DNA of 64,000 nucleotides, from positions 142,239-206,238 of the forward strand of contig NIVC01001896.1 of NCBI GenBank assembly GCA_002269645.1. The letters are read 5' to 3'. The translations under genes and the position numbers were made by a program. Source of the stretch: Macrostomum lignano (taxonomy: Eukaryota). A model generated the notes under the pieces. That model ran no database searches. It worked only from the letters and a program-made list of their open reading frames with translations, and was not told where the DNA came from. The number at the start of each line of letters is the position of its first letter. Positions within the stretch are counted from its first letter, which is position 1. Of the stretch, positions 1 to 14,174 are shown piece by piece.

Positions 1-118
1 TGAATGTTCACCAGTTCAGACACGAAGCTGCCCAAGCCGTGGCAAATAGTGGGAAGATTTTCCCCAGTAGCTGCCATCTTCACCAACACAGCCACGCTTC
101 TCTCCAGATCGTCCATGC
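1..118 (-). CDS. Possible internal exon of an unidentified gene running off the window start
   Basis: Pyrimidine-rich acceptor TTTGTCCAG| at 119-120, then an open frame (G)MDDLERSVAVLVKMAATGENLPTICHGLGSFVSELVNI to the window edge. No recognisable domain. Confidence 0.3.
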
Positions 119-874
119 CTGGACAAATGAGCAGTGTTAACTATCTCAACTGTCAACTACTCACGGTATTAATGGTAGTGCTCAATTACAACTGAGATTA
201 ACGGCCTGCATTGGGTCAGAGCCTAATAACACGATAAAAATAAAGCCAGTTATATGTCTGTCTATCAGCATTATACGTATAGAGCTCACACCGCATGAAG
301 TCTTTTTTGAGCACAGGCTGTAGCTAGCTAAAAAATGGCTTGAAGGAGGGGGGGCGCTGCTGGGACGAGCAGGAAAAGGGAGGGGAGAGGGGAGAAATCT
401 ACGGGATGGGGTGGGACAGCGTTTTCTAGGAAAACCAATCCTCAGCGTGACGGACTCAAATGCTAGCCGAGGATACACTGCGGCAGAAGAGAGAAGGAGC
501 TGAGAGACTTAGGGCATTCTCTCCCTCTCTCTCCCTCTCTTCCTCTCTCCTTTCTTCCTCAGGCCTGTGACCCCTGGGCCATCGGGCCCCGCTTCATTCC
601 TTGGGTTCGTCAGTCTCGCCTTCTATCCGTCTCGCGCCACACACAGACAGACAGACAAGCACACACATACACACCCGAGACTCGACTCTGCTGCTTCTTC
701 TGCGACCGCAAGCAAGCAGCTTTCTCCTTTCCTCTGCCGGGGGCTGACGGGGGGTTGGGAGAAGAGATGGGATGGGAGTGAGACGGGTGTGGCCTCAGAC
801 TGCGGTTGAGGCTGCGAGCTCATTGCCACGGAGGGAGTCTACGGGGAAGGGGGACTTAAGGAGGGTCCCGACCG

Positions 875-891
875 GGGGCGGGGCGGGGCGG
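875..891. promoter_or_regulatory. Tandem GC boxes (Sp/KLF-type) in a GC-rich island
   Basis: GGGGCGGGGCGGGGCGG inside the GC-rich stretch ~560-1010. No transcript evidence. Confidence 0.25.
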
Positions 892-1048
892 TTCAGTAAA
901 AGACGGGCGGGAAGAGCCCGCTGCGAGGATCTGGGAGCGGAAAGTAGCGAGGATAGGGAGGGGATGCAGAGGCCTGCGCAGGGGAAAGGGCACTGCGGCT
1001 TGGGTTAACCGCTCAGGACACTTCCTGCCGCGTCTCCTTATCTATTCC

Positions 1049-1927
1049 TCTCTCTCTGTCTCTCTCTCTCTCTCTCTCTGCCTCTCTCCACGCCTCTCTC
1101 CCAGCCTCTCTCCGTGCCTCTCTCCCTGCCTCTCTCCCTGCCTCTCTCCCTGCCTCTCTCCCTGCCTCTCTCCCTGCCTCTCTCCCTGCCTCTCTCCCAG
1201 CCTCTCTCCCTGCCTCTCTCCCTGCCTCTCTCCCTACCTCTCTCCCTGCCTCTCTCCCTGCCTCTCTCCCTGCCTCTCTCCCTGCTTCTCTCCCTGCCTC
1301 TCTCCCTGCCTCTCTCCCTGCCTCTCTCCCTGCCTCTCTCCCTGCCTCTCTCCCAGCCTCTCTCCCTGCCTCTCTCCCTGCCTCTCTCCCTGCCTCTCTC
1401 CCTGCCTCTCTCCCTGCCTCTCTCCCTGCCTCTCTCCCTACCTCTCTCCCTGCCTCTCTCCCTGCTTCTCTCCCTGCCTCTCTCCCTGCCTCTCTCCCTG
1501 CCTCTCTCCCTGCCTCTCTCCCTGTCTCTCTCCCTGCCTCTCTCCCTGCCTCTCTCCCTGCCTCTCTCCCTGCCTCTCTCCCTGCCTCTCTCCCTGCCTC
1601 TCTCCCTGCCTCTCTCCCTGCCTCTCTCCCTGCCTCTCTCCCTGTCTCTCTCCCTGCCTCTCTCCCTGCTTCTCTCCCTGCCTCTCTCCCTGTCTCTCTC
1701 CCTGCCTCTCTCCCCGCCTCTCTCCCTGCCTCTCTCCCTGCCTCTCTCCCTGCCTCTCTCCCTGTCTCTCTCCCTGCCTCTCTCCCAGCCTCTCTCCCAG
1801 CCTCTCTCCCAGCCTCTCTCCCTGTCTCTCTCCCTGCCTCCCTCCCTGCCTCTCTCGCTGCCTCTCTCCCTGCCTCTCTCCCTGCCTCTCTCCCAGCCTC
1901 TCTCCCTGCCTCTCTCCCTGCTTCTCT
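1049..1927. repeat. 12-bp minisatellite (CCTCTCTCCCTG)n
   Basis: Directly visible, about 70 units. Produces the artefactual LPLS/ERGR ORFs. Confidence 0.95.
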
Positions 1928-2552
1928 TCAATAGTGTCAACCTTGGCTCTGAGCAGATGAATTTTAAGCGCCTGCTCATATTTTTACGCACTTTCTTAAT
2001 ATCGCTACTCACCTAACTGAGCATTGCCCTGGATGCTCAGGCTAAAGATGTGCTGCGAATCCACGTAGCAACTGCGGGCTGATATCTGAAAATAGTACAG
2101 AAAGGTAAAATAAACCCAACTAGCTCGAGAATTTGATCAAACTATGCTCGTACTCTACTGCTGACAGTAGGATAGTGGCGGTTGTTTAGACTTTTTAAGT
2201 AGTTTCTAACGAGACTGTTAAATAATAATGCGAATGCGGTGCTCAACTGGACCGCTCAAGTGTTTAATGGTCGACCCGTGAGAGGCGAAATTGTTGGACG
2301 AAAGGCATTTTAGAATGGGAAAGGGGGCTTTGAGAACCCGAACCGAATCACAAGTGGCCTGTCTGTAGAGACTCGAGAGGGAGCAGAAAGTGCCTCATAC
2401 TTCTGGGAAGCTGAAATCTGTTAGTTGGCTGTGTACTTTTAGGCACGAATCGAAAGCTTGTGGGGGTTCGCGTGCCTACAAAAGCTTTCGCACCTGAGCA
2501 AACTTTACCAGGTAAGACTGTTTGTTGTCGAGGTTATTCTAGAAAGAATTCC

Positions 2553-3205
2553 TATCAGTGTCCTTATCAGTGTCCTTATCAGTGTCCTTATCAGTGTCCT
2601 TATCAGTGTCCTTATCAGTGTCCTTATCAGTGTCCTTATCAGTGTCCTTATCAGTGTCCTTATCAGTGTCCTTATCAGTGTCCTTATCAGTGTCCTTATC
2701 AGTGTCCTTATCAGTGTCCTTATCAGTGTCCTTATCAGTGTCCTTATCAGTGTCCTTATCAGTGTCCTTATCAGTGTCCTTATCAGTGTCCTTATCAGTG
2801 TCCTTATCAGTGTCCTTATCAGTGTCCTTATCAGTGTCCTTATCAGTGTCCTTATCAGTGTCCTTATCAGTGTCCTTATCAGTGTCCTTATCAGTGTCCT
2901 TATCAGTGTCCTTATCAGTGTCCTTATCAGTGTCCTTATCAGTGTCCTTATCAGTGTCCTTATCAGTGTCCTTATCAGTGTCCTTATCAGTGTCCTTATC
3001 AGTGTCCTTATCAGTGTCCTTATCAGTGTCCTTATCAGTGTCCTTATCAGTGTCCTTATCAGTGTCCTTATCAGTGTCCTTATCAGTGTCCTTATCAGTG
3101 TCCTTATCAGTGTCCTTATCAGTGTCCTTATCAGTGTCCTTATCAGTGTCCTTATCAGTGTCCTTATCAGTGTCCTTATCAGTGTCCTTATCAGTGTCCT
3201 TATCA
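2553..3205. repeat. 12-bp minisatellite (TATCAGTGTCCT)n, essentially perfect
   Basis: About 54 units, directly visible. Confidence 0.97.
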
Positions 3206-4005
3206 CGGCAGCTTTCATAATTCATAATTGATAAATTCGGAATCCACATCCTGGCGTCAGGCACGCAACGCAAGGGAACTTCGAGTGTCAACGGAAGCCA
3301 TCTCATCGGATTAATCTATTAACAGTTATATTCAGACCAGCACAAGAAGAATAATACATCAACTATGTATATAAAATGTACAGAATATTAAAAAAGACTG
3401 AAAGCCTGGAGACTTCCCGTCAGAATAAAAGGGAGAATTTCAGGAAGCTCGGCTGCCCCGGCATGGGCGACGCGGATTTCAAGCAGACAGTTGCCGGGTC
3501 TGGGGTTGCTTTGCCCAGAAATCTGATACCTCGCCGTGTAGTGCAAACTGTTTCGGGCAATAGAAGGACGAAATTTGCGATACGTGTCATTTACTCATGC
3601 AGCTTCTCGCGACCCCTCGATCTCTCTTCGTCGAGCGCGCCTACCAGACTTCCAGTAATCCCAGCCGCCTCCGGAAATTAGCTTATTAGCATGGGGAATC
3701 TGCTGTCAACTTGATTAGAATAAAGTTGGGATAAAAGCGATCCTATTTGTCAGGTGAGGGTCAGCTGTGTGCTGGTGTGTACAGGTATGAGGAGACACTG
3801 GGTGTGGTCATCCACCATGCACCTGGATTAACGAGGTGAAACTCTATATTGTAAATTTATACTAGCTAACATTTTCAAGTGCTTACCGAACCGATGCTGG
3901 CTTTTCCATTGCGGAGTCTATATCTATGCAGTGTCAGATCCTAAGTTCTATTCGTAGAAGATGGAAAGCTCTACACATAAAGTTCTACGCTCGTACATCA
4001 TGGAG

Positions 4006-4612
4006 GAGTTCTAGATCATGGAGTTCTAGATCATGGAGTTCTAGATCATGGAGTTCTAGATCATGGAGTTCTAGATCATGGAGTTCTAGATCATGGAGTT
4101 CTAGATCATGGAGTTCTAGATCATGGAGTTCTAGATCATGGATTTCTAGATCATGGAGTTCTAGATCATGGAGTTCTAGATCATGGAGTTCTAGATCATA
4201 GAGTTCTAGATCATGGAGTTCTAAATCATGAAGTTTTAGATCATGAAGTTCTAGATCATTGAGTTCTAGATCATGGAGTTCTAAATCATAGAGTTCTAGA
4301 TCTTGAAGTTTTAGATCATGAAGATCTAGATCATGGATTTCTAGATCATGAAGTTCTAGATCATGGAGTTCTAGATCATGGAGTTCTAGATCATAGAGTT
4401 CTAGATCATGAAGATCTAGATCATGGATTTCTAGATCATGAAGTTCTAGATCATAGAGTTCTAGATCATGGATTTCTAGATCATGGAGTTCTAGATCATG
4501 GAGTTCTAGATCATGGAGTTCTAGATCATAGAGTTCTAGATCATGAAGTTTTAGATCATGAAGATCTAGATCATGGATTTCTAGATCATGAGAGTTTTAG
4601 ATCAGAGAGTTC
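4006..4612. repeat. 15-bp minisatellite (GAGTTCTAGATCATG)n
   Basis: About 40 units, more degenerate at the 3' end. Confidence 0.95.
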
Positions 4613-4642
4613 TACTCGTAAACAAAGACCATTGGCGAGGGT

Positions 4643-4800
4643 GCCGTAGCCCAGTGGTCTAGCGCGGCGCGCTGATGAGTCAGCGACCCATGCAGGCTGG
4701 ATTCCAAGTGCAGTGGCATTAATCTGGGGCTAAATTGGAATCTTGGCTTGGCTCTGCTCGCATAATTAATGCCATTGAGGGCCAACCTCCAGGCACAGTG
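4643..4800 (+). mobile_element. Degenerate tRNA-derived SINE-like head
   Basis: GCCGTAGCCCAGTGGTCTAGCGC contains a Pol III A-box (TAGCCCAGTGG). The B-box is only degenerate (GGATTCCAAG) and no complete cloverleaf forms. Confidence 0.35.
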
Positions 4801-7244
4801 AAGTGTACATGTCTGAGGATTAGAATCCTATCCTATTAAAATCCCCAGTCAAGACCGCTGTACACTCCTGTGTGTGTGCCTGTGGGTATGACTGCGTACG
4901 TATTCGCGCGCTTGTTTGCCTGCTCAGGGGAGTCGGCGGAATGGGCAGCAATGCCTCTCGCCAGTTGTGTGACAATTTCGCTTAAAGTGCGCCAGGGTGC
5001 ACACAGACCCATAGGCTTTTTAACTATTAACTTGGTTGGGCGAGTGCCAATCAATATCTTCTTTAGTTTACGAGGAGTAGGCGCCAGTTACAAATACATT
5101 TGTAGCAATGGCTGTGGGTTTCCCATCTGCACGCGCTCTGACAAAAAGTGTAACGAGTTGAGCCGTGGCTCAGGGCCTGCAGCTCATGGGATTACCCTGT
5201 TACACACGCTGTTTTGGTCAACGAATCGACTATATGAGCACGCGGAGGACCAAGTAAAATGGGTTGCGAAGCATCGAGTTGCACTGTGACTCAAGTTGAA
5301 TCATTGATGAAGACCCACAGCACTCGGCACTCCTTATCTAGCTATAGCCGCTCCTTCGTGTCTCTCCCTCATTTACTTATTCTCTGCCCGTGCAATAGAT
5401 TACCAATTAAGTATTTTGGTCGATTGACGACGCGCTACACACATGAGATCTCCAAATGGGCTGCCTGAGCTGCTTCGTCTGGCTGTTTCGAATCGACTTT
5501 TATAGCAGCGTGCCGTAAACTGTGGCTATGTATACTGATACGATTATATAATGTAGGCTCGTATATTGGTCTATTGAGATGGAATTAATAATTCAAGGTA
5601 AAGGCTGGTGAAGGAGAAGGGTTAGGGGAGTGGGTGAGAGAGAATGGGGGGCGGTGGCGGGCGGAGGGACGGCAAATGAGTTCACATGGCATTCAGGGAA
5701 GCCAAATAAAAAAAGACGGAAGAAGCCATGGTGCCAAGCGCCAGTGCCAGTGCCGGAGCTATGCCCGCGAAAACGAAACAAAGGAGTAAGAAATCTGAGA
5801 AATCTAGCCTCCGCGTATTTACTCCTTGCCGCGGGTTACAAAAGCTGGCATTGTCAAAGGAGAGAGTTGCTGCATATGGAACAGATGGCCAAAGGCAGCT
5901 GGGATTCTTCTCCAAATATAAACAGCTTATAGTAGGCCTATAGCTAGCTGCGGAAAGCTAACAAAGGCAAGGTACGTCTTGCAGGCTGCTGAGAGAGAAT
6001 GTTTGTTTTGGGAAAAGTGAGTGGAAAATAGTAGACAGAAAGGAAGTTAAAGTATAAAGAATGTTTTATTTCAGTACAATAACTAATTGACTTTTATTAC
6101 TGTTTATTACTTATACGTTATACACAAGAAGGGTAATTTATTACATAATATTCCGAATATGTACAGAAAAAATATCTTTTAATTAACGCTTTTTTGGTTA
6201 GTTTTGTCATCCTCAGAAATTCCATTAATTTTAACTAATTGGCGTCCTTTTAATTTAATCAACGAAGTATACTACGAGTATATAATAATAGATATAAAGT
6301 ACTTAATTAAAAGTTAACGAAATAATCAAGTATAAGTCTTATAATAATAATTTCAATTTGTGATTCTATTAAATTGCTTTAAAAAACTTGAAAATATTAG
6401 TTTTAACTTCTAATTCCTTTCTGCTCCTAAGCGGGATAACATTGTCAAAATGTCAAGTGTTACGTTCACGGCACAGCAAAATAGTATATTATAACAAATA
6501 TTTTATGAAAAAACGAAAGAAAACATTAAAGGCGTTTATTTTCCCCTTTATGGAGACGGTCGTTATTGAGAAGTTTATAAATATATAAAACGTTAAAAAG
6601 TAAGAGAAAATGTAAAAAATTGTCATTTTTGGTATTTTTAAGCCAACTCAGACAAAACTGAATGGCTAGTAGTGTCTAGCTACTAGACTAGTATAGATTG
6701 CTCCTGGTTTCAACTGAATTTCGTAATCATGGAAGGAACTGACTGACTGATTGCGTAGTGTTCTGTTGCTGTTTCTAGTTGTTTAACAGAATAAATTCAC
6801 TTGAAATGTTCCCCAACCCTGTTTCAAAAAATATCTCTCATTATCATTTCGATTCGGGAGAATCAGAATTCTAAACAAGACTCGTGCAGATGCAAAACAG
6901 CCAGGCATGTTTCTTCGACTGACAAATTCAACATTTTTAAAGCTTTGCATAAATAATACGGGAGGTTTTATAGCCTGAGAGAGATAGACTGAAAGTCCAC
7001 TTTCATAAATTATCAGGCGGACGCCGCACAGCTGCTCAAGGTGGCCGTAGCTTCTGCTGAATATTAAATTTAGTATGTAAATAGCAGTCTACATGTTCGT
7101 TTGAGGCTATAAGGCAATCATCCAAACTGCTTTGCATCCAATGGGGAAATTGAATATCGAATGTGCTAAACAGAAACGATTCAAATGATGCAGACAGTCC
7201 ACTATTGACTAAGCCTAAAGTTCACACGGATCACAGTTTACTCT

Positions 7245-7660
7245 CTCAGCTCACAATCTACTCCAGTAGCTTTACCCAGACAGGTTCTAGTCTACTCAGA
7301 CAGCTCACAATCTATCCAGACAGGCTCTAGTCTACTCAGACAGCTCACAATCTACCCAGACAGGTTCTAGTCTACTCAGACAGCTCACAATCTATCCAAA
7401 CAGGATCTAGTCTACTCAAACAGCTCACAATCTACCCAGACAGGTTCTAGTCTACTCAGACAGCTCACAATCTACCCAGACAGGTTCTAGTCTACTCAGA
7501 CAGCTCACAATCTACCCAGACAGGTTCTAGTCTACTCAGACAGCTCATAATCTACCCAGACAGGTTCTAGTCTTCTCAGACAGCTCACAATCTACCCAGA
7601 CAGGTTCTAGTCTACTCAGACAGCTCACAAACCACCCAAAACAGATTATATTCTACTCAG
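7245..7660. repeat. 40-bp minisatellite (CAGACAGCTCACAATCTACCCAGACAGGTTCTAGTCTACT)n
   Basis: About 10 units visible. Confidence 0.9.
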
Positions 7661-8467
7661 ACAGCCTATAGTTTGGTTCAGTCAGTATGAAACAACTTGA
7701 GAAAACCAACATTAACCAAGTGAATGGGTGACAGACATGAGAATTTGCTAAGCTTCATCCAGCCGTACTCTCCGCAGCAGTTCCAACAGCCGGCATAGGC
7801 TACAAGTCTGATAGATATGGATTGCATGCAGCTGCGCAATATTTTCCGCTAGCAGAATCGAGCGATAGCGGATGAAGCACACACATAGGCCGCACATGTA
7901 TCAGTTCGCTTTGGACTTGCTAATTAATTTATCCCCAGTCTTAGTTACCATATAGCGAGTGCAATATCGACCTAGCCAATCTTAACACACTGCCTCTGCC
8001 CCAGCCAGTCCAGGGGTTTCCCCTCGGTTACAATCCCAGGGCAGCTACGGGACTTTCAAGAGTTATTCTCCTTTCAATAATTAATGAAAAAGCCAGCTTC
8101 CCATCTCGGCCTGTCCCTTAGCTGTGGGATGTGAAATAAAATAAGGAGATTGTTTGCATTTTAAACAGCTGTTGTAACTACAGTATGCCATGTTTAAGTA
8201 TAGTAACATTGTCGCTTGTTTAAACACTTTTAAACTGACTGCGAACTTGAGCAGTTACTGGGTGTGAAGTTGTCAACTGCTCAGACGTAGCACGTGTGAA
8301 GTGCAATCAGAAAAAAGACTGAGGCTATGTTATCATGGTGTTGAAATCATGAAAGCCACTGACCGTCGAAGGGCGGCGTTGTTCATTTTATAGGCTCAGG
8401 TTCTATGACACTATGATAGCGATATAGTCCTATACTATAGGCAGTCACAATCTTGTCGTTCGTTTTG

Positions 8468-8550
8468 TCTAGTCTAGTCTTGTTTAGTTCAGTCTAGTCT
8501 AGTCTAGTCTAGTCTAGTCTAGTCTTGTCTAGTCTAGTTAAGTTTAGTCT
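8468..8550. repeat. (CTAGT)n pentanucleotide repeat
   Basis: Visible, degenerate. Confidence 0.85.
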
Positions 8551-8632
8551 TGCCAATCCTCGATGATTTTGAATGCTGTCAAATTAAACACTTGGCTGCT
8601 AAATTTCATACTTAGCTCGTATCTCTACTCAC

Positions 8633-10401
8633 TCTAACCCAAAACAATTGTCGACACTCTTACTGAGTAAGGATGGTTTTAAATTTAGCCCAAGTTTGGC
8701 AACTTTACTGACCTCATTGGCAGCGGCGGCAGCAGGGCCAGAGGGGATCCTGGTACCCGTGGCGCTGTTGGTCGACGAAGCTACGACAGCAGCCGCGGCA
8801 GCAGCCGCCGTGGCGCCTGTTGTCGAGGTCAGAGTCGCCGACGTTGCACCAGCAGCAGAGCCGGGACAGCCCGAGACGCCGGTCGAAGTGACAATCGACA
8901 TGCCGGCCGCCACCTCCGAATCGGTGAAGGACATGCTGACCGACTCGCTGCGTTCGGATCCGACGGCTGCCGCGGCCGATCGTCCGAGGAAGCCGCGCTC
9001 CTTGGCCAGCTTTGTGGCCGCCTGCCAGCGCGAACGTTTCTGATGCGCACCGCCGGATTTCTGCGACTGCTGCTGCTGCTGCTGTTGTTGTTGCAGCTGC
9101 TGTCGACGGCGACCTCCAGGACCCCCGGATGCTCCTGCGGCTGAACGCGACGCAAACGAGAAGCTCAGTGCCGCTTTGATCAGCAGTTGCGACTCCTGCC
9201 GCAGAGTCACACCGTCAATGTTGTTCGGACTGATGCCGAGGCAGTTGCGGCAGCAGGTTGAAGCTCCGTTCGCCAGCAACAGCCGCAGAATGCTGATCGA
9301 CTCCGGCAGGTTGAAGACCGCCAGGTGCAGCGCCGAATTGTGCAGGCAGTCGTGTACGTTGACTTTGGCTCCGTAGCGGAGCAGCAAGGAGACGCTGCGC
9401 TTCTTGTTGAGCAGAGTGGCGAGCAGGATGGGCGGAGAGCCGCACAGTAAGTCTCTGTACGGCTTGGCCTGCACCAGGCAGCGCAGGAAGGCCACCTGCT
9501 CCATGGGGTCTGCGTCTCCCAGTGCGGCACAGATTGCTCTACGAAGCGACTCGATCCGAGACGCGTGCTCGAAGCTGAGCTCCGGCAGCGGCGAGCTGCT
9601 ATCAGCCGTCGGGCTGCGGGTCGTGCAGCGGCGCAGCTCCTGTTGAAGCCAGCGGGAGAACGGCTGCCAGTTGACAATCTGTCCGCAGCGATTTGGCTCG
9701 AAGCCCATGCGGAGGAGGGCGTGCAGGCAGTCGACGGAGTCGGACGCGATGGCAGAGTGCAGGCAGTTGCGCAGGACGGCGCCGCGACCTCGGGGCAGGG
9801 AGCCATCGGTGCCTAACGCCGGTTCGTCGTCAGTGAAAAACGAATACTGATCGCTGACGGCCGAGTTATTGCGCGATCGGAGCAGAAATGCCTGACTAGC
9901 CGAGACCGGAAGAACCTCGACGTCCGTCATGATGGAAAACGCAACTCGAGATGCAGCGTCCTCCTGCGCCAAATTGGTTGACGCTGCCGGGGAGCAGCGA
10001 CGCTGGCACAGGCTGAGGGCGTGCCGGCGGACGATCAGCTTCACCAAGTCGGCGTCGTTCTCGTTGATCGCCCGCTCGAATCTGTCAATCTCGTCAGGCG
10101 GCAGCAGGGCGCCCGAGCCTGACATTGACACGGAAGAGCCACAGGCGTCCGGCACAACAAGGAGAAACTCCGGCGTCTGATGCTGATGGCCGTGCCGACT
10201 GCTACCGCAGGCGGCCGCTGACTTTCCCGAGCCAGACGGGCCCGGGTTCGCGTCCGCCGTGGACGAAGTCTCCGGACTGCTGACTCGACGCTCGGTCTGC
10301 GCCGAATGAGCCGGTGGAGCCAGGAGCACCGCATCCGGCATGGAGTGGATGCTCTGCGAAGGCACGTACTGGCTGGCCGAAGGAGGCACAAGGTAGGACA
10401 T
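8633..10401 (-). CDS. Ankyrin-repeat protein, large first coding exon (~590 aa)
   Basis: GC-rich ORF with ankyrin repeats (LRNCLHSAIASDSVDCLHALLRMGFEPN; GSPPILLATLLNKKRSVSLLLRYGAKVNVHDCLHNSALHLAVFNLPESISILRLLLANGASTCCRNCLGISP) plus polyQ and polyA tracts. A canonical donor GA|GTGAGT at 8633/8632 just before the in-frame stop suggests further downstream exons. Confidence 0.85.
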
Positions 10402-10757
10402 GTTGAAGCGCTTTCGGGAGCGAGCGGTAGGGAGTGTTACCGCCCAGTGGCTGCCGACTGTTGACTATATTGAGTCTGCGGAGGGATACAAAGAGTGACG
10501 GTCTAAGGCTGGGAACATTTTGGTCTCGTCCCCGAAAATTGGCTTGGTTACTTGTCATGGAATTAACAACCAATAGGGTTAACCTTCAAAGCACAGAATG
10601 TGTATAGTAGCAGATAATGTGAAATTCAGGGCAGCTGTTCACCTTGTATAAGCGTGTGCTTGCGTACATATACTTGTCCGTGGTCAGGAGTCAGCAGAAT
10701 GGCATGATTGCTTGCCATAATAGAAAGTGAACGCAGCAGGCCTATTAACCTTCTCAT

Positions 10758-11225
10758 GGAGCCGCATCACAAGCTCGAAAAGTTACATCGTCGAAAAGCT
10801 TAGCAACCACCATCACAAGCTCGAAAAGGGTTAGGGTTAGGGTTAGGGTTAGGGTTAGAGCTTGTGTTTTTCGAGCTTGTAATAGTGGCTGATAAATCAG
10901 TTTTCGACGATGTGACTTTTCGAGCTTGTGATGGTGGCTGCTAAATCAGTTTTCGACGATGTGACTTTTCGAGCTTGTGATGGTGGCTGCTAAATCAGTT
11001 TTCGACGATGTGACTTTTCGAGCTTGTGATAGTGGCTGCTAAATCAGTTTTCGACGATGTGACTTTTCGAGCTTGTGATAGTGGCTGCTGAATCAGTTTT
11101 GGACAATGGGACTTTTTGAGCTTGTGATGGTGGCTGCTAAATCAGTTTTGGACAATGGGACTTTTCGAGCTTGTGATGGGCCCTGTTTCGACGATGGGAT
11201 TTTTCGTGTTTCTGATGGCGGCCCC
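10758..11225. mobile_element. Non-autonomous inverted-repeat element (MITE/HINE-like) with 49-bp internal tandem repeats and a (GGGTTA)5 core
   Basis: The left end GGAGCCGCATCACAAGCTCGAAAAGTTACATCGTCGAAA is an imperfect inverted copy of the right end TTTCGACGATGGGATTTTTCGTGTTTCTGATGGCGGCCCC. About 6 tandem 49-bp units (10868-11180). (GGGTTA)5 at 10828-10857. No clear TSD. Confidence 0.55.
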
Positions 11226-11701
11226 TTACTCACAATCGGTTAGTATGTCACGCATTGTAATCATAATGTCCCAGAAAATTGGAGAAACTCGGTCTAGAAC
11301 ATACTAGCTACTGAAGGTATACCGTCGAATGATTGCAGCATATGGTCTACATGTATCTAGAAAACTACAAACTTCTTCCAAACTGCTACGAGCTTAGTAC
11401 ATTTTGAAGCCACTGGACGTTTCTTGATGCAATTTTCCCGGTAGCCAGTAGGCTTTTCCTCAACATTCTGTACAATACATGTCTGAGTACAGTTTTATAC
11501 GAGCTTAGGAGTCTGCAGCCCTCCAGTGAAAAAGACCCAAACGTCGAAATAAAACTACAATTGCTTTCAAGATTCGCTAAAATAAATTCGCATCTTAGTT
11601 AAGCAGTTTTCATCAGCCAAGCAGCAGGCTTAAAATTCCCAATGTGCAGTCTACAGCTGTTTCAGCAGAAATTCTCCGCTGCGCTGTCCAGCCCTAGTGA
11701 G

Positions 11702-11822
<121 letters not shown>

Positions 11823-12265
11823 ATTAAAAGGACATCCCTGCATCTGACGGCTGACAAGAAGACCCAATTCTACCGACTAATTATCTCCAGACTTCTGCGC
11901 CTCGACTGCCCCAAAACAGGCCGCGGCAGCCCTCCGGGACAATTTTTTCCTGTGCATCTCTCAAAGAGATCTCACTCAGCTCAGTCTTACATGAGCACAG
12001 GTTAATTCCTTGCCCTCAAAATCTCACGGAGCAGCTGTTAGAAAAAAGACTCGATTTTTTTAGAATGATTAATTCTGAGCTGACTTAAGCTGTCATGAAG
12101 TCTCCATGGTAGGCAAGAGAAGCGCATGCTTTTGAAAATTAAAAAAATACATTGTTTAAGTTGAATAGTTTTTTGACATCTGGCTCAAGGAATGCATCGT
12201 ATAATTTGAGGCAGAGATTGTGTCGTTACAAACATGTGGAGAGCCACTTCTTTAAACGGGTTGCT

Positions 12266-12437
12266 GGGGGCTCTAGCACCAGGGGCTTTAGCACCAGGGG
12301 CTTTAGCACCAGGGGCTTTAGCACCAGGGGCTTTAGCACCAGGGGCTTTAGCACCAGGGGCTTTAGCACCAGGGGCTTTAGCACCAGGGGCTTTAGCACC
12401 AGGGGCTTTAGCACCAGGGGCGCCAGCACCAGGGACG
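12266..12437. repeat. 15-bp minisatellite (GGGGCTTTAGCACCA)n
   Basis: About 11 units. Same unit as 55020-55591 in the opposite orientation. Confidence 0.95.
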
Positions 12438-13489
12438 CTAGTAATAAGTATTTATCTTACAATAAAATGAAATCAGCTTTGACAATTACGAGCGTAGATA
12501 TTTCTCTGACTTGTGCTTTCCAAGATTATACTGTTCTGTCGAACATCCCGGTATCATAAAAATAAGTTGGAGCGACGCGGTGAAACCCAGTCAGATAGAG
12601 CGCCTTTGTCTACGCGGTTCCCGTAGCGGCTCACATGGTTGTGCATCACATTTTGTGTATCTACGTGTATATATTCAATATATACATAGGAACAAAGAGA
12701 GATTACAATGTGAACAATGGCCCTTTCCGTCGGTTTTTCGGGGGGGGGGGGGTTAGGGAGCTTGAGCAGAGCCGTGCGGAAGGCAAACAATGGTGAGAGT
12801 GATTGAATATCCTTACCGGCGGGTAACCCCTGCGTATTGAGCTTCTCCTGTATCGGAGACATACTCATAGCAATATAATTTCGTTACCGCATAGCATATA
12901 GGACCGTACAGCAAGCCACTTGGCTGCCTGCCATGACTGTCCATCGTCGAAGAAATTTTCTAATGCTAAAATTTTCGCCAAATCACAGGATTACTTCTGC
13001 TGGCTAACTGCTGTTCAGTGCTCAATTCCCACATGGCCTGACCCAGTCTCAATTTCCTGCTATTTAACCTCACAAAAACCCGTTCGAGGGAGGCAAAAAA
13101 GCTTGGTGTGCAAATGTGCAGGTTAATTAAGATCGAATTGTAACTCGCTGTAAATTACGTATTTCAGAAGCCAGCGCATTGCAAACTGAGTGAATGAATA
13201 TATGCGAAATTAAAGTCACTGCTGCATGGCTTATGGATTATTTATTTCGCTTCTTAGAATTTTGGCTATCTACAAAAAGGAAATTGGGGCTCCACTGGGG
13301 GTCCTTTGAGCAGTTATCGTGCAAAGCTAAGTGGACGAGACGCCTGGCAGTCCAGAAGAATAGGATTTCCTGCATCTTGAGCAGCTTCTGAGTCCCCCAC
13401 ACATCGGCCTCAACTTACGGCATTCAGCTTTATGACAGGCGGAAATGGCCTAGCGCTGATGGAGTTTAATGAGTACGGGGCCGCAGATC

Positions 13490-14174
<685 letters not shown>

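Noticed and set aside
1038-3306. Repetitive ORFs (ERGR, LPLS, YQCP, DKDT) and the similar ORFs at 18763, 30778, 32004, 54942 and 61030
   Set aside because: All coincide with minisatellites and are open in several frames on both strands, with no splice or domain support.
4672-4690. CTGATGA-GTC-AGC-GAC resembling a hammerhead core plus stem II
   Set aside because: Not followed by GAAA (reads CCATG). It is part of a SINE-like head.
4643-4715. tRNA gene; likewise at 23630-23700
   Set aside because: No complete cloverleaf or acceptor stem. Better explained as SINE heads.
5593-5943. Overlapping short ORFs; likewise at 4836-5468, 16534-17053 and 33423-33830
   Set aside because: No domain, no consistent splice phase with neighbouring genes and no frame clearly preferred. 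I cannot support a coding call.
10828-10857. True telomere or chromosome end
   Set aside because: Only five units, internal, and flanked by inverted repeats.
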